A stretch of 64,000 nt of DNA, taken from positions 79,608,001 to 79,672,000 of the forward strand of contig NC_091983.1 in NCBI RefSeq assembly GCF_044704955.1. The letters are read 5' to 3'. Both the position numbers and the translations under genes were made by a program. The notes under the pieces are model-generated. The model was not told the origin of the DNA. It did not search any database and saw only the letters and a program-made list of their open reading frames with translations. Of this stretch, positions 1 through 11,232 are shown in pieces (position 1 is the first letter of the stretch; each line of letters opens with the position of its first letter). The stretch is from Pristiophorus japonicus. Its lineage: Eukaryota.

Positions 1-159
1 TGAACCAAATTTAATGCAAAACATATAAGGCATTAACTCTTGCATGGCAATTCCAGTCAGTCAAATATTTTGGATCAGTTCCTGCAACTCGTATACTGTA
101 CTTTAAAACCACAAAAGATTAGAGATGGTTAGCAGTATAGATACTGAAGAAAGCTTCCT

Positions 160-730
160 TTCACTTTAATTCTCCACTCCACTCCCACTCTGATATCTCC
201 GTCCTCTGACTCCTGCACTGTTCCAATGAAGCTCAACGCAAGCTCGAGGAACAGCACCTCATCTTTCGTTTAGGCACTTTACAGCCTTCTGGATGCCATA
301 TCGAGTTCAGCAATTTCAGAGCATAAACCTCTGGCCATCTTTGGCTCCCTTTCCCCCCCATCTTATGTTTTCTTTTGTTTTCTCTTTGTCTATAATGGCA
401 GTTGGTCATTGCTACGCTATTCACACCCTATCCAGATTAACCTTTTTCTAATGTCTGTCATTACCATTTCAATTCGTCCCATCATCCTTTTTGTGTCTCT
501 AATCTCTCCTGCCTTCCACAGACCTTCTCTTTTGTTCTTTCTTCCCCATCCACTTTCAGTGCTTAAGAATGTGCTCTTTTCGAACATTCTGCAGTTCTGA
601 CGAAGGGTCGTCGACCCGAAACGTCAACTCTATTTCTCTCACCACAGATGCTGCCTGACCCACTGAGATTTCCAGCATTCTCTGTTTTTATTTCAGATTC
701 CAACATCCGCAGTATTTTGCTTTTGTATTA
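160..730 (+). mobile_element. Penelope-like element 3' end (GIY-YIG endonuclease C-terminus plus 3' terminal region)
   Basis: ~161-325 translates HFNSPLHSHSDISVL*LLHCSNEAQRKLEEQHLIFRLGTLQPSGCHIEFSNFRA*, typical of a Penelope GIY-YIG C-terminus. It is followed by a pyrimidine-rich spacer and a hammerhead motif. Confidence 0.8.
593..629 (+). ncRNA. Minimal type I hammerhead ribozyme motif (Penelope-associated)
   Basis: AGTT (593-596), CTGACGA (597-603), A, stem II GGGTC/GACCC (605-617), GAAA (618-621), CGTC, then AACT (626-629), which pairs with AGTT. Putative GUC cleavage triplet at 623-625. Confidence 0.75.
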
Positions 731-840
731 GTTTGGGACCTTTGCAGATAGACTTTTTGTAGCTGCTCTTGATGCCAGATATTTCTTACAGTACTTTGCT
801 ATCTAATTTTTGTTTTGTCCCAAGTAACTTTTTCTTTTGC

Positions 841-1060
841 AGGGGAAGGGGAGTGGGGGAGGGCGGGGTGGTGGAGAGAGGGGGAAGTGGGGGTAGGGAG
901 TGGGGAGGAGGGAGGGGGAAGTGGGGGTGGGGAGGAGAGAGGGGGAAGTGGGAGTGGGGAGGAGGAAGGGGGAGGTGGGGAGGGGTGTGGGGAAAAGGGA
1001 GGGGGAAGTAGCAGGTGGTGGGGGTGGGGCTGGGGGGATATGAAGTGTGGGAAGAGAGAG
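841..1060. repeat. G/A-rich low-complexity tract (G-quadruplex/triplex potential)
   Basis: Many G3-G6 runs separated by short A/T spacers. Confidence 0.8.
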
Positions 1061-2169
1061 AAATTGAGCATTTGGATCTCATGCCATATATATTTCTCCA
1101 TGAAAACTGTGTCGCATTTCCAGGCTCTCTACTCGTAACTTGAGAAGCTAGACCGTAGGCATTATTACTGTCTGAGACAGTATAAGAATATGCTGCTGTG
1201 GTGCCAAAGGTGCAACCAGAGCATCAATTAAATATACACTGGTTAGACAATTGTCTGTAATCAGAATTTGAAGACTCTGTCACATGAATGTATATAAAAA
1301 GTTAGATGTTTTTTTTTGGGGGGGGGCGGTGGGCGGAGGGAGAGGAGTAGAAGAAGGGTTGATAAATGTATATACCTTTGATGGGGAATCCTCTTAAAAA
1401 GCATACAATCTCAATAAGGAACATATAATCTAGATTTTTGTTGCATATATGTTTTATGTACAACCTCAAGATTTTGAATTGCCATTCTAATTACTGGAAC
1501 AGGCTAGTAAAGGTTGGTTTCTTTGGCAATTATGTAAGTGTTGTGGATCAGCCAGCAAGAGATCAATATTTATCGAGACATGCATTATTTTATGAGGGTT
1601 GAATTCACAATTTGCTAAACCACTCAAGTGTAAATTGAGGATACAATTTATTTTCAGTCATGACCAATAAGGCAATTTATAGAATAGAATCATAGAAAAA
1701 TTACGACACAGAAGGAGGCTATTCGGCCCATCGTGTCTGTGTGGTAACAATTATGCATCTGGTTTTATAATCTCTTCTCAACCAAATCATTTTTTTTCTT
1801 CAATATTTTTTGGGGGTTAAATGATGTAAACTGGCTCTAATAGGAAGTCGAGAGCCCTGCCAGTTTTTGTTTGTGGAGGGCATGGTGTGGGTAACAAGCA
1901 AGTTTGGACTGCCCAAAGGGAAATTGTCATAGTTGCTGATGTGGGTTGGCTGTTGTCTGAGACCAGATCTGTTGAATCCATGAATCAACTGGAAAATAAA
2001 TCGGCAAACTGTGCTTGGGGCAAGGGATGTAGATCGTGCATTTTTGGGAGTTGTGGTGAGTAAGTCTTGCATCTGGCTTATAAAACAGTCTGGAAAGATG
2101 TTGGCTCCAGAAGATTGGAACAATTAGAATATTGCTCAAGGAACTGAAGGAGAAGGATTAGAACCTTAA

Positions 2170-2640
2170 ACTGCTTTTCCCTGATGGTTTAATGGATAAA
2201 TGCATGTCACATACACCAGTAGGGTCCCAAATTCAGTCTTTGCTCTTTGCTCAGTTAGCATCTCTGGGGTGATGGTGATGGAATGCTGCAATAGGTCTCA
2301 ATGCCTTTGAATTGGGAAGGAGTGGGATCTTCCAGGGTTTCTGTTCCTATCAAGTGATCCCTGTTGGGAAGTCCCCATGTGGATGTTGGATGAGGGGAAA
2401 AAAAATCAATCGAAAGTCTGGCCTGAGCGTTTGCTCTCACCCCATGCCCTGCTCTTGTTTTCTCCACCACTCCCTTCTCATCCACATGTTGACCAGCCTG
2501 TTAACACCCACAGTCCTGCCACACTTTTGAAGAAAACTCCCTTGAGTGAGATATGAGGGCTGCTGGCATCAATAATACTTCACTGTGGCATATGACCTGT
2601 TAAATTAGGATATGAGGGAAGGAAACAGCTTGGGACTGGA
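2170..2640 (+). mobile_element. Highly degraded tRNA-head SINE-like remnant
   Basis: Weak box A/B-like head (tgatggtttaatgg...gtcccaaattcagtc) followed by a SINE-like body. Boundaries are uncertain. Confidence 0.3.
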
Positions 2641-3020
2641 GGTTGGGCAATTGCAAGAGTTAAAACTGAAGTTTGGAGCTCAACGTTTGTAGTGTAAAAT
2701 CATCATCACCACTACTCCACCTATCCTGAAGCCACGTTGGAGAAATAAGCAATTAGCTTCTACAATAGTTCATACATTGGAACAACTTGTGCATTGTGTC
2801 CATTTAAACTTTATTCTCTTCTTCCCCTGTTGGATCTGTGTATTAGTTTTGTGTAGAATAGGATGTGGTTCTCAATATGTTCAAGATACTCTTTCAAAAT
2901 TTCTGATATAAATAAAATGAGACTATTTCTTTTTTTATTGCTCGCATTTATTTTATATTTAGCTTGTCAATTTGCCTATTGCAGAAGAAATAATTTCTGG
3001 TTAACTTTTTTTCTCAATAG

Positions 3021-3219
3021 GAGCAAAAACTAAAGACGTTGGTGATTTGAAATTCAAAGCTAGTAATGTTGCAGATGAGTTGCAAGAAGATGAAGGGGAG
3101 TTTGGAGATTTCTTCAACCAAGAGACTTCTAAAGACACTGGAATGTTGAGATCATCAAAAACCCATGTCCCTACAGCAGAGAAGTCTGAAGAAACTACTG
3201 ATCCACTGGGTGTTACTAG
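3021..3219 (+). CDS. HS1BP3: Internal coding exon (199 nt, phase 1 in, phase 2 out), probably HCLS1-binding protein 3
   Basis: Acceptor ttttttctcaatAG (3019-3020) and donor AG|GTAACG (3220). Open frame (G)AKTKDVGDLKFKASNVADELQEDEGEFGDFFNQETSKDTGMLRSSKTHVPTAEKSEETTDPLGVT(R). This resembles, from memory, the post-PX segment of human HS1BP3 (G...DEEAFDFF...EALDPLGIMR). The exon call is stronger than the gene name. Confidence 0.6.
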
Positions 3220-4383
3220 GTAACGTGACTTGCTTTTAATGAGAAATGACTGAACCTACTGTGTTTTGCTACTTTGAGGTTTAGAATATCATTATTTGAT
3301 TGAGGAGACCGACTGTAAGATTTTTTTCCAGCTGTCATTGCATCACAATTATTATGGAGTAAGGGATGTTACTGTTACTCTTTAACTGGATTTGCATACT
3401 TCTCTCTTTTTGCCCTAATCAATGTAAAAAATGGCACTTTGTGTGATCCTTGAATTGTACTTCGATCAAATATGAATTAAAAGCTGTACATATGCAGCAA
3501 CACCAATCTCTATCTTTTGGGAACTGATTAAAACAGGTAAACCCCCTAGAATTTTCTTAAACGGGTAATGCAATTTGTCACTCTATCCTTCAATGGGACA
3601 TTGGCCTATTGTTAAAACAATTCTAATTGTGTACTGGATTATGTTAGTGTTTTCCCAATAATTCTGATGTTATATTGAAAATAATGCACATTTTGAATAA
3701 TTTTGGAAGATAGCAACAATTTGCATTTATATAGCACCTTTTAACGCAGGCATATTTCACAAGCGTTTTCAAACAACATTTGAAATTTAGAAAATAACAC
3801 TAGAATGATTAAAATGTGTTGGTGTTTGAGCATTTTAAAACAGGTGCATTTATTCTAAGTATTGTCCACATGCTAGATTAGGGGCTAGACTTTCAGTATA
3901 TCATCGCCCATTTAGCGCCCATATAAGTGCTGAGATTCAGGCTATCGTCCATTTTTGATGAAAAATGGAAACTAGCGCCCGATTATAGCCCATTTATCGC
4001 TGGCACAACTTTCGGCATACAGGAATGAGCAACATCGCCTGGCCTATTTATAAAAAAAAAAAAAAAATTTGCTGTCATCCTCGTGTAAAGCCCAGAATAC
4101 TGGTTGTAGTGGAAGCTAATGTCCGATTATCGCCCAGATTATCGCCGAGCGTTACCTTCGGCATTTCACCCATAATTCACCCAAATGATTACTGGTCCAA
4201 AAAGACGCTGAAGAAAAGCTGCAATCATCTGACCTTAACTCGGCACTATGGACGCCATTTTGTATCTCGGAGGATCTTTAATGATAGGGTGCTTGAAGCA
4301 ATTTGTGAGTGATTTTACAATCATTTAATCACATTTTAATTTGTTGAGGACAAATTAAGAAGAGATTAAAGGCGTTTATAGTG

Positions 4384-5573
4384 ATGTGACCTGTAATTTC
4401 TCAACCAGTATTGATGACTAATCACATGCTTCAGAATAGAGATGGGAGAAGGTTTATTATGTGCCCAATCAAAGAGGTGGCAGACTGCTCATGAGGAGGA
4501 TATGTTACACCCAACGCATTTACAGGGATAAGCGATCATACCTGGACTTGTCCAATAACACGTGCGTTAGAAGGCTGCGATTCCGAAAGGAGATCATCAG
4601 TGAGATATGTCAGCTAATTAAGGAAGATCTGCACCCTACCAGCACCAGCAGGACCGTACTGCCCGTTGAGGTTAAGGTTACTGCAGCACTTTCCTTCTAC
4701 GTATCAGGCTCCTTTCAGGCCTCAGCTGGCGACATTTGCGGTATCGCTCAGCATGCCACACATTGCTGCATTCGACAGGTGACTGAAGCCTTTTACGCAT
4801 GCAGGATGAACTTTATAAACTTTCCTATGGCCAGGGAGGCACAGAGTGGGAGGGCTTTGGGTTTCTAGAGAACAGCAAACTTCCCCAAGGTGCAGGGAGC
4901 AACAGACTGTATGCACATCGTCCTGCAAGCAATTTTACAGGATGCAGAGGTGTTTCGGAACCAAAAGGAATTCCACTCGCTGAATGTGCAACTCATTGTC
5001 AACCACAAACAAATAATCATAGCAGTAAATGCAAATTTTCCGGGGAGCATCCATGATGCACACATCTTGCGTGAGAGCGCTGTCCCTGACCTGTTTAAGA
5101 GTCAGCCACAAGGTCACGGTTGGATGCTGGGGGATGAAGGATATGGCCTTGCCAGTTGGCTCATGACCTCCCCTGTGTAAGCCCCAGACAGAAGCCAAGA
5201 AGTACAACAACAAAAGCCATATAGCTCCACACAATATCGTCAAAAGAGTTCTGAAGCAGTGCTTCAGTTGCCTGGACCACTCTGGAGGCAACCTACAATA
5301 TCACCCTGAGCAGGTCGATGAGTCCATTGTGGTATGTTGCATAACCTAGCTATCAGGAGAGAACAACAATTGCCAGATGGGACCGCCGGTGTCCACCTTA
5401 GGAGAGAGGGGAGGCGGAAGAGGAGAACGAGGAAGAGGACATGGACCTCGGGGAGGACGATCGGCCTGGCAGTGAACCCACCCTCCCCCTCGCACACCAC
5501 TGGAAAAGCCCTGTGTAGTTATGCAGCTGCAAAACTCTTGCATCAGCAGCTCATAAATGAATGTTTTGCGTGA
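4384..5573 (+). pseudogene. HARBI1-like DDE transposase of H1, disrupted by stops and frameshifts
   Basis: Motifs RLRFRKE, LSFYVSGSFQ, GATDCMHI (GAIDGTHI-like), FPGSIHDAHIL, MLGDEGY and CMLHNLAI across ORFs 4461-4868, 4890-5180 and 5334-5573. Confidence 0.92.
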
Positions 5574-5989
5574 AGTTACGTTGGTGACAGTTGCAGTTGG
5601 GTTATGTTTCATCCTTGCCTGGCCTGGCCATGGCCATTATTTGCAACCATTGTATTGATGTTTTACCTTACGTTATTAGAAGACACTTCACAACAATTGT
5701 AAACTTAAATTAAAAAATGTAAGAATTTAACAGGTATTTAACATTTTTTTTAACAAACATATATAACAACCCCCCCTCCCCCCCACCCCAATCCCCAACA
5801 GTGGACAACATTTTTAACACAATATAACAAGAACACCCTCCCACCATCCCAAACACATTTTTTTAATAACCACAAAACAATAATATACGCCCCACCCCCC
5901 CCTCTCTACCTGCGGCCATGCTACTCTCCTGTAACTTGACTCCCCTCCCCTTGTTGTAACCCCCCGTTTCCCACGTAATCCCCAAGTAA

Positions 5990-8628
5990 TGGGACCAAGA
6001 TGTCTTGTAGCAGAGCACCTCAGGGGCTGCTGCTGTGGGGTGGGGGTGGGGGTGACGTTGGCAGAATGACCTCAGTGGATGGAGGAGAAGACATTTGCGA
6101 AGCAACGTCTTCCGAGTCAGAAGGAAGTTCTTCCTCTTGTCTCGCAACTGTCGTGCTGGTTGGTGGTACGGCACCTTGGGGTGCAGTGCCGTATCCTGAA
6201 ACTATTGCATGCCGCAAGGCATCGACAGAGTGGTTGTTCGCCGCATTGCCGCAACTATCTGCTCCATGGGTGCGGGGCGGGGGGGGGGGGGGGGGGAGTG
6301 TTCCAGGTGTTGGGTGGGTCCAGAGCCGGGGGGTGGGGGCACTCTCTTGGGATGGGGGGTAGGCTGTTTGGGGCTGGGATTGGGAGAGACTTCTTCACTC
6401 GGGGAGTTGTTGGCCTGTGGGGTTCCCTGCCGCGGAGAGTTGTTGATGCCAGTTCATTGGATGTGTTCGGGAGGGAGTTGGATGTGGTCCTTGCGGCGTG
6501 GGGGGGAGGTGCAGGGGTGGGTGATCAGCCATGATCTTGTTGAATGGTGGTGCAGGCTCGAAGGGCCGAATGGCCTAATCCACCTATTTTCTATGTTTCT
6601 ATGTTTCTATGCCTTCCGTTATTCTTGCAGACAGTGTGGCAATGTTACTGGTCAACCCACCAAGCGCCTGGAGAAGCTCTCGACCTATGTCGATGCTCGC
6701 CCTCGATGGTGACACCATGTCCTCATTGACATCTGCCTGTCGCAGCATGTGCCTACCTCGCTGACTCAACCTCCGCGGGGTTGGCATGGGCACTGGGCGA
6801 CTTGGAATGGCCTGTTGCAAGCCACTTGCCCCCGCTACTTCATCCGTTGAGGATGACATGGTCGCAGGTACCACAGATGAGATATCAGGCTCGGATTCGT
6901 CCTCCTCCTCCTCCTCACTTTGCTGCTCGTCACCCGCGGTGAGCACAACCTGCAGCGGTACTGATGTTGCTGCAGGGGCCTCCCGTTGCTTCTGGGGAGC
7001 TGGAAAACATAATTGAGGTTATTAGAAGAGAAAGGGAGACATGAGAATGCTTGTGCTGCGCAGGCATATGTACGAGGAGCAGCACTACTGCAATAAATCT
7101 GACTGAGAGACGTTACATATGATTAATGTGAGAATACAGAAGAGTACAGAAGCTGCATGCATAACATTGCATCATTCATATATTACAATCAAATGCCATT
7201 AAATTACTTTAAAGTACCATTGGTTTACCACTGCTTTACACATTACTCACATGGTGCAACAACGGGATCTGCACCACCACGGGTGGCAGAACGATTATGG
7301 GTGCCCACTTACGCTACAGCACTTTCCTCCAGATCGGTGCGAGAGTACAGCTCAGCAGGCCCTCCTCCGGTCCGCCTCTGCTCTGCCTGATTCTTAGATA
7401 TCTTCCTCTGCAAACAGGACAAGAGCATGGCATAAGCTAATTGACTAGGTACTATTACGGAAACACAACAGATATTGTAATCCACAACTAGTCACCCCAC
7501 ATGCTATTCATCATTAATGTTATATGCTAATACGGTTTGTATCCACAATGGATGCATGGTTATAACATCTACGTTCAGAGAAAATATTTAATAAGATTGT
7601 GTTTATGAACTAATGCTTGACACCAAACATCTCGCGTACAATCTCCAGGAAAGGCCCCATCCACGAGCCGTGCCATTCAGCACCTGAGGAGGGGTAGGTG
7701 GTTTATTTGAATCGATGGAGGTCCCCCGGGGGGGTGGGAGGAGGGGAATCAGGATCGCTGGTGAGCTCTGCAATGACAGGACTGTAATGGGAGGGGGCAC
7801 CGTGTCCCTGGGCTGTGCTCGGAGACCTCCTTGTGGCCGGAGCTAATGTCCCAAAGTGTCCCAGGCAGACAGTGAGCCAGGGCAGCTCTCCCCCAGTCCA
7901 GGCTGAGTCACTGTGTGATTGACAGAAGCCGGAGAGATTCACACAGTCTGGGTAAAGCTGACCAGACCCCTCAGTGCTCAGTCGTGTCCCATCCACCAAC
8001 GTAACCAAAAAGGAGACGGTGCCCAAGTTAAAGAGTTACTCACAGCACACAAGAATTCTCCTTCTAAGCTAAAGTGTTAGAAATGCCAAATGTTTGCGGT
8101 CTGTCCATTTCCAGTCATTCCTTTGGCCACAATTTTCGATCAAAGTCTTTAAATATTAATAATTGATGCTGTTGATTAAATGTAAGGCATCTCAGCAACA
8201 TTAGACTTAAAGGGCACAGGTTCTGACCCCAGTCCAAATCTTAGCTGGGAAGCTACCCAATATTACCCAGCTTAATTACAATCCAGCAGATTTACATTCT
8301 AATTAATGAGTCAGTGCATCATTACAATTAAAAATGTAATAATTGAATAATTACATAATTAACTGTTCCATCGCTTGCGGCACTGGTCTGCCTCTCTCCT
8401 ATCGTGGGCCACCGATGATACCAGGGTGGCGATATTGCCCCATATTTTTTGATAAATGCCGGGGGGGGGGGGTGGGGAAGGTTTCCCATGCCCACCCCGG
8501 GTTAATTGGCTCCACTGATTTTCCACTTCATTCACCAAGGCTTCCTTAGCCTTATCAGAGATGGCTTTCGCCCTCATTCTTCCTGAAATATTCTGCTGCA
8601 TACTATCTGTAGATTCTTCGTTAGACAT
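5990..8628 (-). pseudogene. Myb/SANT-like (trihelix) DNA-binding gene of H1, three exons (8628-~8359, 7407-7251, 6999-~5990)
   Basis: Exon 1 has ...QKIWGNIA...QCRKRWN. Exon 2 (RKISKNQAEQRRTGGGP) is bounded by ttgcAG and GTGAGT. Exon 3 follows tttccAG and continues in phase into ...EQQSEEEEEDES. Interrupted by a CR1 insertion. Confidence 0.85.
6269..6608 (+). mobile_element. 5'-truncated CR1 LINE 3' end with A-to-G hypermutation, inserted in H1 Myb exon 3
   Basis: (CTATGTTT)n tail and CR1 3' UTR. ATG is duplicated at 6266-6268 and 6609-6611. The body aligns to CR1 41231-41773 with many A>G changes. Confidence 0.9.
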
Positions 8629-9949
8629 CTTGACCACTCCACACACTTCTTTCCACCTTACTTCTCTCTCTCCCTCTCTTTCTGTTTTCTGAGCATGAGC
8701 AGATGACCCCTGACCTCCAGATTCGCGGGAAAAGTTCTTTGCTGAAAAAAAAACACGCATGTGCAGAACGGCTGTTGCTATGGACACCAGCCTTGCATGA
8801 CTGATTACATCACTAAGGCCCATTTCACATCGTTAAGGCTATCACCCAAATTAAAAAGGTGAAACTAGCGGTTTTTAAAATGGGCGATATTCCAGCAATC
8901 CTGAAAAATAAAAAAAGCACTAAGGCCTGAAATATCGCCTATTTTTAGGAGATAGCAATCATAGTGGAAAGTCTAGCCCATGGTGTAAAATTAGAATTTT
9001 TTCATCATGCAGTAAGCGAAAAATTCCTTATTCCACAGATGGCATTTCTCAGAATATTTTAGTTGTTGGCAATGAGTGTTAACCTTTTCTGGTCTTGGTT
9101 CCATTACAGCAGAACTTGGAAACCTATTGGCCATGGATAATTGTACAAGTATGTATTTCTGTGCTGAACTTGCTGCTTTTAGCTCTGTAAGGTTCCAATT
9201 ATTTTTGGTCTGATGTTTCATAGAATCATAAAATCTTGCAGCACAGGTGAAGGCCTTTTGGCCCATTATGCCAGTGCTGCCTCTTTGAAAGAGCTTTCCA
9301 ATTTAGTCCCAAATGGAACAGTTGTGTTTTTACTAACACTAATACACATTTTACAAGTCTTGAGTTTTATAAAACTGGAATTTATATAGTCAGATATGCA
9401 ACATTTGCAAATGCACTGCAACCAGTGTGAAACTGGCTTCTCCAGAGTGATCACTAATATTTTTTAGTGAAGCACAATGGCCAGCGTGTGACAATATTGC
9501 TCACTAGCCATACCTGGAAGTTTGAGGATATTTAATGCATAGATTTATTTAAGTTATATGGCACGGTTTTTCAAAAAAGTAAAATAGTAAGCAGCCTATT
9601 TAAATTGATAAAACCAGAAGCAGGTCCTTCTCTTTCCAGATGAGAGATTTTTGTTCACTAGATGCTTTTAGCTCATTGAGATAGATATTCATTAGTATAC
9701 TGTTGTAAGAAAATCTAGAAATATATTTTGTAAATGAAAGGAAAGGACAATGTTGGAAAATCAGAATAGCAGTAGAAAATCTAAGTGATAGAAGCAAGAA
9801 TCAAGGGACAAGAAGAACCTGAATTCAAATGCAGCAATGAATGGGTTTAAAGGAAAGGAAAACATCTTTTGAGAAGGACAAAGCTGTTTTATGGACAAAG
9901 GACATGTAAAATGAGCTAAAACCCAAAATAGAAGAATACAATGATGTAC

Positions 9950-10133
9950 TGTAGTGATGCTCAGCCGTTGAGTATATTCAGTTCAGAGGTCGATAAATGT
10001 TTGGGAATTGAGGGATATGGGGATAGTGCGGGAAGGCGGAGTTGAAGTAGATCAGCCATGATCTTGTTGAGTGGTGGAGCAGGCTCGAAGGGCCAAATGG
10101 ACTGCTCCAGCTCCTATTTCTTGTGTTCTTATG
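9950..10133 (+). mobile_element. CR1 3' end fragment
   Basis: gatcagccatgatct...ggctcgaagggcc...atttcttgtgttcttatg tail. Confidence 0.8.
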
Positions 10134-10617
10134 TAAAATATTAACAAAAAGATATATCAAATGGACCTGGAGAAAAGAGAAACACTGCCCAAGTAATAGA
10201 ATAACGAGAAGACAAGTGATCAACGGAACCAAGTTAGTCCTTGCCTGATTCATACCATCCCTTGTTATGTGGGATTATTTAAATGTTTTCAGGCTCCTGG
10301 ATCGGTTGTAATCAGACAGTTATGATTACTACCAGCCCTCGTAATTCTCTATGGGATTGCCCAAAGCTCTTAATGCTTGTCTCTTCTTCGTTCCATCCCT
10401 CATAGTACAAGGTATGTAAAGATGGATGTCTGCATTTCCTTAGTTATACTGGTCTAAAGCTGATGTAAAGTGATTAATGTAGTGTATTTTATGTTTGAAA
10501 GCAACTATAGGTTGTTGTGTAAAGTTTTTGTCATGAAGGCATGGGGCTATACTTGTAGCATCGATTATGGCTGGAGACCAGGCCCTCTGCAAAAATAGAG
10601 GAAAGCACTCATTTAAC

Positions 10618-11220
10618 ATCATCATCATAGGCGGTCTCTCGTATTGAGGATGACTTGCTTCCACGCCAAAAAAGGGGGTGAGTTCACAGGTGTTTCAATG
10701 AAGGACCTAATATTCCAGGTCCCGAACTACATGTTGAATGGTGGAAGATGCCTGTGCGTGGAATTTTTTAATGTGTGGTGACCATTGCACTGCAGCCACC
10801 ACACGAGCTTGACAGAGCTAGGTCTAGGTCCAGTGGCAAGGATTAACCAAGACGACTAGAGACCAGCTCTGCTGCACAAACCTAGTGAGCACACATATCG
10901 CAGTGTGGGCTGGCCCGTGCTGCCCCCTGGTCCCTTGCCTCTTCTGGGCCCCGAACTCGAGCCTCTCTTGGGCCCCGATCACATCGCTCCACAATCTCTC
11001 GCTGCTTCTGCACTCTGGCCTCGGTGCTGCTTTGCCCCGACCAGCGAGGACCATCAGCAGCAGGTCGGGGCCTTAAAGGAGGAGCAAGGTGGAGCACCCA
11101 ACTTCAAGGTACAGGAGAGCGACGGCTGTGAAGAGGGTGACATCATCAAAATCCAGGTCGCTGATTGGAGCGCGGGCAGGTACATCAGGAGCGGCAAGGT
11201 CGGGGTGAAGGAATGGTAGG
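10618..11220 (-). mobile_element. Non-autonomous element/SINE with an RTE-type 3' tail
   Basis: catcatcatcataggcggtctctcg...gacttgcttcca matches the reverse complement of the RTE tails at 13788, 43805 and 56161, but the body is non-coding. Confidence 0.6.
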
Positions 11221-11232
11221 GTCGGTCATTTA

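Larger units (their letters stand above)
3882..8979 (+). mobile_element. PIF/Harbinger DNA transposon, autonomous architecture, decayed (element H1)
   Basis: Perfect 13-bp TIRs GGGCTAGACTTTC (3882-3894) and GAAAGTCTAGCCC (8967-8979). Convergent transposase and Myb/SANT genes. Subterminal TATCGCCC-like repeats. Flanks TAG/ATG, so the TSD is imperfect. Confidence 0.92.

Noticed and set aside
841-1060. Possible second A>G hyper-edited repeat
   Set aside because: I could not align it to any element in the window; simple low complexity is sufficient.
769-1138. Pro/Gly-rich ORFs
   Set aside because: By-products of the G-rich low-complexity tract; no splice or codon support.
4384-5573. Domesticated HARBI1 gene
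   Set aside because: It has stops and frameshifts and lies within TIRs, so it is a decayed transposase.
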